64,000 bases of DNA, from the NCBI GenBank assembly GCA_964035545.1, contig OZ037771.1, forward strand, positions 10,482,480 through 10,546,479, given 5' to 3'. Shown here one piece after another: positions 40,906 through 53,600 of this stretch. The notes beneath the pieces are model-generated. The model had not been told where the DNA came from and did no database searches. It was given only the letters and a program-made list of their open reading frames with translations. The DNA comes from Bugula neritina (Eukaryota > Animalia > Bryozoa). Both the position numbers and the translations under genes were made by a program. Each line of letters opens with the position of its first letter. The stretch's first letter is position 1.

Positions 40906-43900
40906 TCACTCGTGGGCGTACAGACTGAGTCGGCCAGACACGACGTCTGCGTACGTGAGGATGTGACCATGAGACAAGCCATTGCTCAGCGGCGATGGTT
41001 CACTGGGAGAATTAGGGTAGGAGAAATGGTGGTTAAAATCTTCGGCTGTCGGTGTTCCAGGCACATCATCATCCCCAATTTCGTCTAGACTCTCTACGCT
41101 GTCGGTGATACTAAAAAATACCAACATGTTATGCTAAACTACTACAAGTGCGGAGTCGTCCCAGTGTATAATTGAGAGTTTCAACAACACAGACTACATG
41201 CACAGTTGTGGTACATGAACTCACCCCCTTTCCATGCCCTCATACGGCAACTCGGGAATTACCGGAAGGCCAGTGTCGCCATAGTATCCTGGGCGAAGCT
41301 TAGCCATTGTCCTGTTGGATATTGTCCACTTGAGTTGCAGCTTGGGCAAGGAGCTCGGAGCGGCGTAGTTGACGGCCAAGAACTTAACTATTTCTTCCTG
41401 GTAGGATATGAAATCCCGATCAGCAATCTACAAGGAAAACCTCACAGAATAGTGATAGAGCTTGACTGTGTCTCAGCAGATGTCATAAAAGAGGTGGGCT
41501 GTCTATCAGTCATAGGAAGTACAAGTAAAACTGTACTGAAAGCAAGACTTTGGAGTTATCCTCCCAAACACCCTGAGCACACAAATATTATGATATAATA
41601 GTTCCAGCATTAATAATGAAGTCCTACCTGGCAGATGTTGAGAAGCATGGAGAAAGCAACAGGTTCAATGATGCCCAGCGTCTGAAGGTGGGAGCTGAAC
41701 ACAGCCAGAGCAACCATCACAAACTGCAGAAGATGGACACTATTACAGCACGTTGTCATATCAGAATGAGTAAAGCCAATGCGATTACATCATGACCAGC
41801 ATTTGTCACACAAACAAGAAATAAACAGTCATCAAAATCACCCAATTCCATTCATCCATGTTCTCATCATTCAAACAAGTAGAGGACCAAAATGCTAGAC
41901 ACAAAAGCCTATGAAATGTCAAGTCACAGAAGCAGAAGCAAGTATGCAGAAAGTAGAAGTCTTTGACTTACGGAGACATCAAGTAGTTCAGCGTGACACA
42001 GACACATGACAAGCTTGCTGGCCATCTTGTCCAGGTGAGAAGACAAATCCACCCCAGACAGAGTCCTGAACACATCTATTATGATCTGCAGGAGTGTGAG
42101 ATGTGTAACGCTGTCAGCATCAGGTGCGGCAGCTCGGAGTTTGTCCTGAATGATGGTCTCCATACGGAGGATGTCCCCAGTCCGGCAGTCACACTGACTA
42201 ACTCTGATGAGCTTCTCTAGAGAAGTTGTGCTCTACAAGCAAAAACATGTATATCCTGTATACAGCATACACCACTATAACCCTATATCTGTATACACCA
42301 CTGTAACCCATATCTGTATACGCCACTGTAACCCATATCTGTATACGCCACTGTAGCCCCATATCTGTATACGCCACTGTAACCCCATATCTGTATACGC
42401 CACTGTAACCCATATCTGTATACAGCACTTTCTTACACAACTCTTAACTAATGGGGTCTAAACTTATGTTCATGTTATGTACTAAAAATAGTAGCAGTAT
42501 GAACTGGCTGGTAACTCGGAGAATTATTGTGATTTACAGAATTATTGTGGTTTATGTGGTGTACATGTGCAAGCAATATCAATAACAAGTCAAGTCCTCA
42601 TCACTAGTCATTTATTATCACAGCCAAGTTTGGAGTTGTGTTCTCACATATACAACAGTATTGAGGCACCAGTGAGTTGAACCAAATGCCCCAGCTTTTG
42701 AACTTGGGAGACACAGGTTATAGTGCATGGGGCAGTAACAATGCAATCAAGCATTCCTAGCTGCAGTTAATCATGATAACAAGGATGACACTTTGACATT
42801 AGAATGTAATAGTGACCTTAATACAACATTATAACAATCTAATACTGAGCAGTAAAACATACCTGGATCCCCTGGTAGCACTTGACTGCATGATAGAAGC
42901 ATGTAGTAGTTATACATGACAAGTATCTTGGCTGCACCTACAATCACCATAGTTTGGTCAGTAACAGTGAGAATGGCTGGTCAAATAGCCTGTAGCAGTG
43001 CTGGTGGTTAGAGAGGGGTCTATCTCCTACTAGTTGACAACTTGGCATACAGTTGTGTGCAACTCTGAGCACACAAACCTATCATCTCACGGAGAGATGC
43101 AATGGCTATTATCTCCTAATGCACGCACAGACCTCATCTAACCTGTGAAGGCACCCTTTAATCCAGTTAAGGAGAGTTCAGCAATAATATTCATTACACT
43201 ATATTGCACATGACTTGGTGTGATGAACTGTGAAATTAAATGTCATGAAATAAACACCATAGAAATAAATATTTAATCAAATTGCAGAAGTTGAACCAGT
43301 ACAGCTACACCAGGCCACAGATAAGCTCTGAACTCCAATAACCTAATATTATGCAATAATAAATCTATATAAAAGGAATGTCATTTATTTTTAGATGTTA
43401 GGATGTTAGCTATTTATAGACCAACTATAACTGAAAGTAACAAGTTCAGGCAGACTGATGATTTATTTCTCTAGCACAGTAATTAAGGATTGCATGAAGA
43501 GGCAGTACAGGCAAGTTTGAAGGGAGTATAGTTACCACAGCAAATTACATTCCATCAATACGTAATCAAAGACCTTCAATTGCAATTAAAAAGAAACCAT
43601 TAAAATGCCAGCTTAGGAAATGATTGGAGATTCTATGTTCCTTAGTATAATTAATGATGGTTTAAGAGTTAAAGAGCCTTGTAATGAATATATAAGCAGG
43701 TGGAATAGGAAGAAGCAGTTAATTGATACACCCAGGGTTGTGTCAAGCAGAAGGCTTTATCTAACTTCTAACAACTTATATATACAAATATCAGCCCAGT
43801 AATCACTCTCTTCGTGCTCTGGTATTGACCTTCCAATGCAAATATGAACATGATAAGAATTTAATACAAAGCGCTGCTATACTTTCCTTTGACAAAACAA

Positions 43901-46809
43901 GCTTATTAACGTGAACAGCCACACACTCAGCACGCAAACTACTCATGATGCATCTGTGACTAGCAAAATATAGGTGAACTATGGTGCTAAACATTTACTT
44001 AATCAATCTACTTCAATCAATTTTTCACAATGATGGTTAGCTACAGTTAAAGTTTTACAGTTTCACATTTGAGAGAGGTATTGTAAATGGTCTTTTGTTT
44101 AGTTGCACAAACCCGATATTATCTTAATGAAGGTTTATACATTGGCATTGTTTCAGTGAATTGTCAGTAGCAACAGACCATTGCCAGCTGCTAGAACAGT
44201 TGCAGTATAGCCTACAGCTTACAACTGGTACAGGATGTTGTATCACAGACATAGAATAAGGACCCAACCGAGCAGAGTGAACTGGAGAGGGGTGCAGCCC
44301 CTCAATAGTGAGATAACCAGAGGACAATACCTTGACTTTAGTGATGAATCTATCCAGAGTACTGAGTGCCAGACAGAACACTTGGTGAGGCAGCCCATAG
44401 AATGCTGTCAAACACTTCAGATTGTATGCACTTTGATTCCTCCTCACTGGGGAAACCTTTGTCATGTCCTGCAACAACATTGCCACTTAGTGCTGTGTTA
44501 CAATTTGTGACAGGACTAACGACCTAGAATTTTACTTAGTTGATGGTTGATGACACAACTAATATAGAAACAACAAAACATAGCACAGTAGAGTAGCACA
44601 GAAACACAGTAGAGTAGCACAGAAACACAGTAGAGTAGCACAGTAGAGTAACACAGTAGAGTAAAACAGTAGAGTAACACAGTAGAGTAACACAGTAACA
44701 CAGTAGAGTAGCACAGACACACAGTAACACAGTAGAGTAGCACAGAAACACAGTAGAGTAAAACAGTAGAGTAACACAGTAGAGTAAAACAGTAGAGTAA
44801 CACAGTAGAGTAGCACAGACACACAGTAGAGTAACACAGTAACACAGTAGAGTAACACAGTAGAGTAACACAGTAGAGTAACACAGTAACACAGTAACAC
44901 AGTAACACAGTAACACAGTAGAGTAGTACAGTACAGTAGTACAGTACAGTAGTACAGTACAGTAGTACAGTACAGTAGTACAGTACAGTACAAGTAATTA
45001 CAACAGAAACATGTAACCTAATAGTCTAGTAGCAACTTTTGATACATCATTGTTTGTCATTCAAATGATTTCTGGCAGCCAGTGCAAGGGAGTTGCCTAT
45101 AAATCTACACAGTTGGTTGAACTCAATTTAAAGTGTGTCATGATAACGTGCGCAGGTATCGCATTCCTGTACCCCGCATATACGATCAGCAGGCAGGCTA
45201 GTGAAATCGACCACTTATGGCTTTCACGGCTAGTAGTCCGCTCACGGATGATAGACTTCGATCAATACGTTAGATTACGCACGACTAGCTAGCCCTGACT
45301 GGCATGTATAACGTGTTCATAGACCTCAGTTAGTAACCAGGCCACCTTAATGGGCAATACTAACACACATTACATCAGCCTACCCTCTGCCCTTACACCT
45401 CCAGTGTATACCAGAGTCAGCAACAGCTAATCATAGGTAGAAGCTAGCTGCCAAAGCAAGAAATAGAAATAATTACTGCTAATGAAGTGAGTTGTTACGT
45501 AAGAACTAAGAGCTCATCAATGCAATAGTACCAGTAGGTTTTATTAAAAACAGCTCTCAGCAGATTATAGACTAGGGATATTATCTTCACACAAACCAGA
45601 TATTATTTACTGCTTGATTCTGATGCAATATATAGCTGTTTACTGAAATCCTTATTATCATGGTAAATATGATGCAATATTGTTTAGTAAACAACACATG
45701 GTAACTATGCAGCTAGGTTATCAATGAACAAATTGTATTGGCAAATAATCTCTAGAGAAAGTCAATAAGGTTATTCAGTGGACTAGAAGGATATTGGTAT
45801 ATCTGTAGCTAGTAATATTACTGACTCAACTGTGTCATCTAGTAAAACTCAATTAACTCCCTTTAAGCACTGTCACCATGGTGATGACTGATATTTAGTG
45901 ACTCCTTCAGGAAGTAGGCAAGTAGATGTGCTGAATTTAATTAACTTGAGTTGGTTTACTAAGTATTAGTGCTAATATTAGATTACTGAGCTATTGTATA
46001 CCTTATAGGGCGTAGTAAATGTAATATCCTAGCTGACATTTACTTACTACTACTCTAAGTAGTCCCAACTGAATTATTGATCTAGTAACAGTATATCAGG
46101 AGAAAGAGCAGGCCAGCAGCAACATTAAGTTAACAAAATTCATTAATAATTTAAAGATGAAAACTAGTGAATAATGAAGCCATCTGCTCTCTCTACTGAT
46201 AGCATAAAACTCAAAACAATGGGGGGCATTTCAAAAACCTGTGGGACTATACACAACTACCCACAATGCATAGCTGTAGTGGCTCCTTGAACATCAACAA
46301 CACTTGGCTGAGAGCAGATAAGAGGTTGATTACAATAATGCCAGTAATTTGATTTGTTGATATATATGAGATTTAGTTATGACAAGGCATGCTGACCTTG
46401 GTAGTGACATTGAGAAGGTTTGACATCTTGGGTTCATACACTGACATGTTTTCCAGACACATCCTCAGCCTCCATATTGCCTCATCTTCCACTTGCTGCT
46501 AGTAAGAGCAGGACAACATTTAGCGCATAAAAATCATGTAAAATAAAACACTATGGTTCTACACTACATGATCATTAAATAAATAATTCAGAAACAACAA
46601 AATATTAGGCTCACACATAGGGATAAACTAGGGGAACTATTAAGTGATCACATTAAATAGGGAAAAGTAGGTATAACTGTATGCCAGAGGATACAAACCT
46701 CCATTTTCTTGGAACCAGTCATGTGGCCAGTTGCTGCCTGCTGTTCCAGTGACTGATGGTAATCACCACTATCTGGGCCACCACAATCTGCCACCAACAT
46801 TTTACCCAT
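40906..46809 (-). CDS. CCNG: Cyclin G
   Basis: Exons 46809-46699, 46498-46397, 44468-44331, 42937-42863, 42232-41972, 41723-41628, 41427-41225 and 41110-40906 are phase-consistent. Cyclin box LALSTLDRFITKVK/VQPRYLSCI...DILRMETIIQDKL, plus the cyclin G-type C-terminal LKWTISNRTMAKL...YY....LPVIPE. Confidence 0.9.
42270..42425. repeat. 25-26 bp intronic minisatellite (about 6 copies, ccactgtaacccatatctgtatacg)
   Basis: Visible tandem copies ~40 bp from the cyclin G acceptor at 42233. Confidence 0.9.
44581..44992. repeat. Compound minisatellite (acagtagagta(a/g)c, acagtaac and acagt units)
   Basis: Visible repeats that account for the three overlapping Cys/Tyr/Leu-rich spurious ORFs. Confidence 0.95.
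45138..45314 (-). other. CpG-rich, multi-stem candidate structured RNA element in cyclin G intron 2
   Basis: About 14 CpG in ~175 nt within CpG-poor flanks; nested stems identified by eye; 8-bp direct repeat ataacgtg at 45144-45151 and 45307-45314. Not recognised as a known RNA family. Confidence 0.45.
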
Positions 46810-48354
46810 CTCCAGCGCCTGTGGCTTGGTTCAAATGACACGAGATGGCTTTCAGTTTTTACAACTCCATTATCATTAGCTGCTGAATTAACAAAAACAA
46901 CTTTTTGGAATGTTCAACATAAAAAATAAAAATTACATCCAACATTCTGGTGCTCTCATGCTGATAAATACTGAAATCGGTACCTAGATAAAGTCAAGTT
47001 TACCCAATCAGCCCTTTACACTCTACAATCTACATGATTAGATTTGATTTATATTGAGAAATAATCAAAATGGTAGTTCCAACACAATTATAATAATTGA
47101 AATAGTAGAAAAACTTAAAGCAAAACTGAAAGTATTAACGAAACAATGAGAATGAATATCACATTTATGACATTCTTACACTAAACCCCTAGATTGGCCA
47201 TGATTTATAGCTAATGGGCTACTTATTTGAAGTTTCCCAGCTATACAAGTGATAAATGTTATTTACTTATTTACTCATTGTGAATTTTAACTATGCTATG
47301 AGTATGAACTTGAAGATCCATGATAGAAAGTACAACAGCCTTTCACCTTATTAAAGAGTCTATCTGCATATTCATATGTATATTGCACAGTTCAAATATG
47401 AAGTTGCTCTCACTCAGTAAAAACCATGATTTAAGTTTGCCATCTTAGAATCAGTCTGATTTTGTACGACAACTTTCTTTAAAATTTAAATATTTTTTTA
47501 CTCTAATTGGCCATTAGTAAATTTTTATTCATCAGACTGACAGTAACTCCCGGGTGAAGATAAATGTTATGAAGAGTTGAAAAATTTCCAACTGCCCAGT
47601 TTTAAAAAAGCAGAACTACATAGACAACAGATTAGGATGGATTATTGAGTTAAGTTAAAAGTTTTACTTAAGCAGCTACCAATTTCAACTTTATTCATAA
47701 TGTTCAAACTTACTCCTAACAGTGAGTCATAGACATGAGACTGGGTACAATTTGAATTCGACAACTATCGTGTACACGAGTCGTTATGAAAATGAAAACG
47801 ATATAACTAGCTCGATTTCCACTACACTATCTCTATGAGTATGACAATCATTGTGATAAACATAGTAATACTGATAGTTACAATCACTTTATCATAATGA
47901 TATTGATAGTAATTGTAAAAATTACAATATTAGTAATCATTATATTTATCATAATTTTCAAGTTCATGTGATCATAGCACTTGGTACTGCTAGTGCAAGT
48001 AGAACTAGAAGGTCAACTGTTACGCAGTACTACGACTACTACTTTCTACTTTGTCTTCTAATGCATTATTGCCCTTGCTCTTTGTCTTTTCGGTTTCACT
48101 TTAGAGTTTCCTTTTTATTTTAAACACATTCTCATTTTGATTCACTAGATAAGAATTCGCATTCGGCATTGTTATACTCATTGACTTGAGTCATACTCAT
48201 CACTCATGGTCATACTCATTGTGATCACTCACACTGATTGACTTTGAGTTTCACATGGAGTCCAAGACCAAGTTGATCAATATTCTAGATTATTTTCACT
48301 AAGCCACAACTTCACATACACAAATTAATTAAATATAAAATTTTAGATACTTAC

Positions 48355-48994
48355 TTCTTATAAAGTTCAAAGAAAAAGAATTAATATTTGTCAGCTTGCG
48401 CTGTAATTCGTGCGATGTGTACAAGTTGTTTCGCTTAACTGACAAAGTGAAACAGCTTCAGTGAAGTCATGTGACCGCGTAGTGTTACAAATAAGTTTTA
48501 ACATTCCGTGTGTGCATCTTGAAAAAAAGCATCATAGCACATAAATGTTTTTAAAACTTAAAATTTAAATATAATAAAATAATTTTGAAGTTTTTTTGGC
48601 ATTTATAAATATGAAAAAAGTAAAAGATTGACCTAAATGATTTGCTCGTCTAGCGACTTAATACGTATAAACAAAAGCATACTCTTCTGCGTATCTGAGG
48701 AAACAGATGATCAAAGTGAATCAGAGGCAAGCTGACAAACTCAAAGCTGTTCTTAAATAGTTAGTTTATATTTTTAAAAAAATGAGTTAATTTTATTGAC
48801 ATTTAAGCAAATGTTCAGTGCAAATTGGTCAATATCAGTTATTGTGGAAGTCAGCCTAACGATTTGAAGCAAAAGAGGAGAGACAAAATTCAAATTTAAA
48901 GAAAAGTGAGAACTGGGACCAAGTAGTGTTACCGTGAATGTGAGAGTCGGAGTCGGTTAGGGTGACTAAATTCCGGATTCGGCTTAAACTTGAG
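48355..48994. promoter_or_regulatory. Putative bidirectional promoter and non-coding first exons of cyclin G (-) and cyclin I (+)
   Basis: Minus-strand donor GTAAGT at 48354-48349 and plus-strand donor GAG/GTTAGT at ~48995 point away from each other. CpG is locally higher, with GTCATGTGAC (E/M-box) at 48466-48475 and ATAAACA (forkhead-like) at 48667-48673. Confidence 0.55.
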
Positions 48995-50666
48995 GTTAGT
49001 GAGAATAACTGCAATAGTTGTTGCTAATCACTTGAACATTTCTTGTAGATATTCACGCTGTAAAATTTTTCTCAGACCTATAAAATAGAAATAACATTAA
49101 CTATATATTTATAACTTATAAGTTTTAACTTATAACTATAAGTTTTAACTTATAAGTTAAAAGTATAACTATTACTAACTAACAGTAACTAAAGGTATAA
49201 GTATAAGACTAAGTGTGACATAATCATAATGATAATGTCATAATGATATTGATAATGCTAAGCATTATGAATATGATAATCATAATGATAACTGAGTCTG
49301 ATAAGATTTCGTTATTATAATTATGAATAAGTTCAGCTAAAAGTATAAGCCTATAGTATAAGTATTAGCTGTAGCCTATAAGTATAAGTATAACTATAAG
49401 TGTAACTTTTATTAGCATTATTAAACTATTAGTATAACTATCAATATCACTATCAGTATTGCTATAAGGATAAATGTATAAGTCTTTGACTTTGAAGTTT
49501 AAAAGTAATGTCTACATGTAACTGCCGGTAATAACTAGTAAGCAAAAGCAATGAGAGGCTAGTGTCACTGTGGCCAACCCTAAATTGTAGTTTTAACTCG
49601 TAATGGCTTTTAAGGATTAATTGTTATTACACATTATTGATGATTGCATTTGAGATTTGTAATAAATTAATGGTCCTTATAAGTTTAATTATGTAAAAAA
49701 AAATCACTGATTGGTCATGATAGCAATGATTGGAAGATGGAACAGCTACAAGTACATATATTTTTTCTTGTAGCTGCAAATAAAAATTATAAGTTTTAAT
49801 TAAAAGTCATGTAATTAGTTAAGCCTTAAAATGAAGTATAGTATTTACTGTGAAACTAAGACTAACTTTGGGCTTGATTTTAAAACTTGGCCGAGCTGTA
49901 GAATTCTATTGATTTAATTTTACCATTACTAAAACTATCAATGAAAAATAAATTGGGGTTACTTTATACCATGACCATGGCTGTTTTTATTTATGTGTCT
50001 GCTAGTTAAGAACTATGTAACTTTGTTCATTTTTCTCCCAATTCATCTTTAAATGTGATTCATTTCCAGTTTAAATTAAATTTTGGTTCTGCCAGTCAAA
50101 AATGTAGTTTCCCTTGTTATTAGATATAGACAAATACATAATACTGAAATGAAATTTTAAGCAAATCAATTAAAGTAACTCATTACCCCTTTTAATCATA
50201 TTAATAGAACAACATTGTTCTATAAAGAAGTAATTAGCAATGAATTCAAATATAAATAATATTGTTATTGATTAATAAATTCTTCTAATTTCCGGTAAAA
50301 GTAGGTAATAATTTCTAAAGTTTTTAACCAATAAATCAATTTCTGATTGAGTCAAGAGTAAATATTGTGTTAGTTAACATATAAGATTGCCATTAAGTGC
50401 AGCATAGTTTCTATACTCACCTATTTTCAATATAAAAAAGGATTCTCAAGTTAGCTATGACTGTACACCAGGCTGGTTCAATTGCTCATTGGTAAGATGT
50501 GAATATAAAATTCCTAATCACCACATAACCTGCAATAAGTTTCTAACAAAACCTATTAAAAGCTCTTTGCCTTGCATTACATCAGCAGAACAAATGTTAG
50601 TCATGTGGAAATTTGCTTGTATTCCATGACGCTGGTTTTATAGTTGTAACATTTGTAACAGGAAGT

Positions 50667-53600
50667 ATGGTGAATGTAACATCTGCTAAGCAACTCATCG
50701 GAATGATGGGGGAAGCCCTGCACAAGGAAAAGTGTATGTGGAAGCCTCTGGAACTTGATGGCAGTTCTACCAAGAATGTAAGGCTTTTGTTTTGTTCACT
50801 TTAGGTTTACAGCGAATTTATTTTCATCCTTTGCTAGCTTTTACCCTTTTGTTTGTAACAAAAAATTAGCATTTCTTTATATTTCAGTTTGATTGTAGGA
50901 ATGTAAATGCGCTTTCATATTTCAGGTATGCATTCCATATGACCTTCCGTTGCCTTGTATCACCGGATGTGAGTTTATATACTTGTGTTGTAGGGATTTT
51001 CAGTGACATATGAGCACCGCACAGATATCATACAATGGCTGGTCAATGTCTCTCAGCAATTCCAGTTCTACCCAGAAGCCTTAGCACTAGCTGTATCCCT
51101 GTTAGACAAGTTCCTTTGCAGTGTCAAGGTGAATACGAATTCAGTTTCTGGTCTCAATATAACAAAGTGAACTATATAAAGCTGTAAATGTCGTAGAGTA
51201 TCTACACTGTGTGGATTATTCTGTGGTCTTTAAAACTTCACTCTCTCCGTGCTCTCTAACTTGCCAAATCCTAACCACATCTGGATCAACTGGTAGTCTG
51301 TCCTAATCCTTTAGATTTAGCCCATTTCTGTTCTATCCCCCAGATTCTCAGGAATATTTGGTACAGATGTATGATTTATAGCAACTAGCTAATCTCTATG
51401 TTTTCTCAGCATCAGCACTGCAGCTTCAGATGCCAATTGTTGTAAGACTGATTGGGAATTGGCTAATAAAGATTGCAGAGAGTGATCTCACTACAAATTG
51501 CCTGCCATCTATAATCATGTTTCCTTAGAAGTCTTGAGTCAGTTTAGAAAGAGATGTGATGATTTGTTTGCTGTGTGTAGGTGCAGCTGAGATACCTCAA
51601 GTGTGTGGCCTTGACCTGTATGCACATAGCCAGTAAGATCACGGAAGAAGATGAAGTTGTGCCTCACGTTGCTGACTTGGTCAGTTTAACTGCTGCCAAT
51701 TGCAGCACTGACGATATTGTTAGAATGGAAAGACTGATTCTCAATAAACTCTCGTGGAACGTCAACATGGCTACCCCTCTTCACTTCCTCCAAGTGGTAG
51801 GAATCTATTTAGCTATCAGCTATCTATTTACTCTGCATTTCAACATCTGTTTCTACCACTATGTTACTAAACTTTTGGCTCAGGGCTCTGTCCTTACCAT
51901 TGGCTTGTTAGCATGGCCTAATCATAAAAATGTTATGACATTATCTGAATAAACGTCATAATATTAGCTCATTATCACAAGGATATTTCCTTCCCAGTGT
52001 GCATTGTCAGGTAATAACAAGAGCTCAGCTGATCTGCAGGGCTTAAAACCTTTCTCTGAGCTCTAACACATTCTTGTGAGAGCTGATCCAATCACTAAGG
52101 AAACCTTCAGTAACCTCTTCATACTGATACAAGTAATACTTACCTCTCCATACTAATACAAGTAATACTTACCTCTCCATACTAATACAAGACGTATTAC
52201 TTACCTCTTCATACTGATATAAGTATTACTTACCTCTTCATACTGATATAAGTAATACTTACCTCTTCATACTAATACAAGTAATACTTACCTCTTCATA
52301 CTGATACAAGTAATACTTACCTCTTCATACTGATATAAGTAATACTTACCTCTTCATACTGATACAAGTATTACTTACCTCTTCATACTGATACAAGTAA
52401 TACTTACCTCTTCATACTGATATAAGTAATACTTACCTCTTCATACTGATACAAGTAATACTTACCTCTTCATACTGATATAAGTAATACTTACCTCTTC
52501 ATACTAATACAAGTAATGCTAGTGCTTGTTTTCAGCATTCCATCTTCTTTAGTATCAAGTTTCCATTTGAAAGAAGCTTTTTGTTTACTGCTGATAGATA
52601 GCAAGGTATAGGGGTGTACCTCCCCCTGACTGCAGCTGCTCTTGTGCTGCCTACACACGTAGTTTCACCAGTTTGAGCAGCCTACAGCCCTACATAGTAT
52701 GTAGGTCAAGTGTTGCCTTCACATATTTTATGACTGCTAGTTGCAGCTAAGCAGTGGTGGTTGGTCCTCCATGCCTGCCAGTCTTACCAGCTGTCACATT
52801 TGCATACTGAAAGGACTGTTTGACAGCTTCTACTTGCCAGCTTTTGCCTGCTATGGCTGGCCATGTACACATGGTGCAGGTGCTTGTTTATGCATATAAA
52901 ACTCCATCTCGTATTGTCCCTTCCATATCAACTCTTTCTAAATTTTTTCACTGATTCTAATAGTAGTGATGAACTGCATCTACATGGGTACCTGTGTATT
53001 ATTTGATCAGTGAACCCTTCTCCTAACCTTATACTGAGGAAGAGTTGAAACTGTGGGTCAAGAACCAACACAGCTGTAGTTTTATTGACTAATACATGCA
53101 AAGGAGCACGTAAGGGTCAAAAGTTGATCACTATTTGTTAGTCTTATTGTTTTTGTCAACATTTATCTGTGCATATTTGCTGCTGTGTCACACATCAACA
53201 AGCATAACTTTGAAATATTATTCACTACTTGGGAGTGCCACTGAATGCTACAGTAAGGCTATGTGACAGCAGTTATACACTGGTACAAGGAGTGGGTGCA
53301 GTAATACAATAGTGATCAGTTGCATCATGTTTGGTGGTGGGAGCAGATGTGCTTGCAGTATTTGCACTCAGTTCAATAATTATAACAACACAGTATAAAA
53401 ATCCATAATTACCTTTCGTGCAGGAGTGTCGAGTGTTTTTTAACTGATTTAATTTAAACAAAGTGCTCTGCACTCAACCTGCTTGTAGTGTTGATTGTAA
53501 TTCAGAGGTTGTTGTGACTATGGCAACGTAAAAGTCAGAAAAAATGTTGACATTTTAATAACAATAATAAACTGGGAGTTTCATTTCCAATAACGAAGTA

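Noticed and set aside
44516-44993. Cys/Tyr/Leu-rich ORFs in three frames
   Set aside because: Simple-repeat artefact; the cyclin G exons splice around this region.
45138-45314. Hammerhead ribozyme or retrozyme identity for the structured element
   Set aside because: No CUGAnGA core correctly placed relative to GAAA on either strand, even when circularly permuted. There are no TIRs to support a hAT insertion despite the 8-bp direct repeat.
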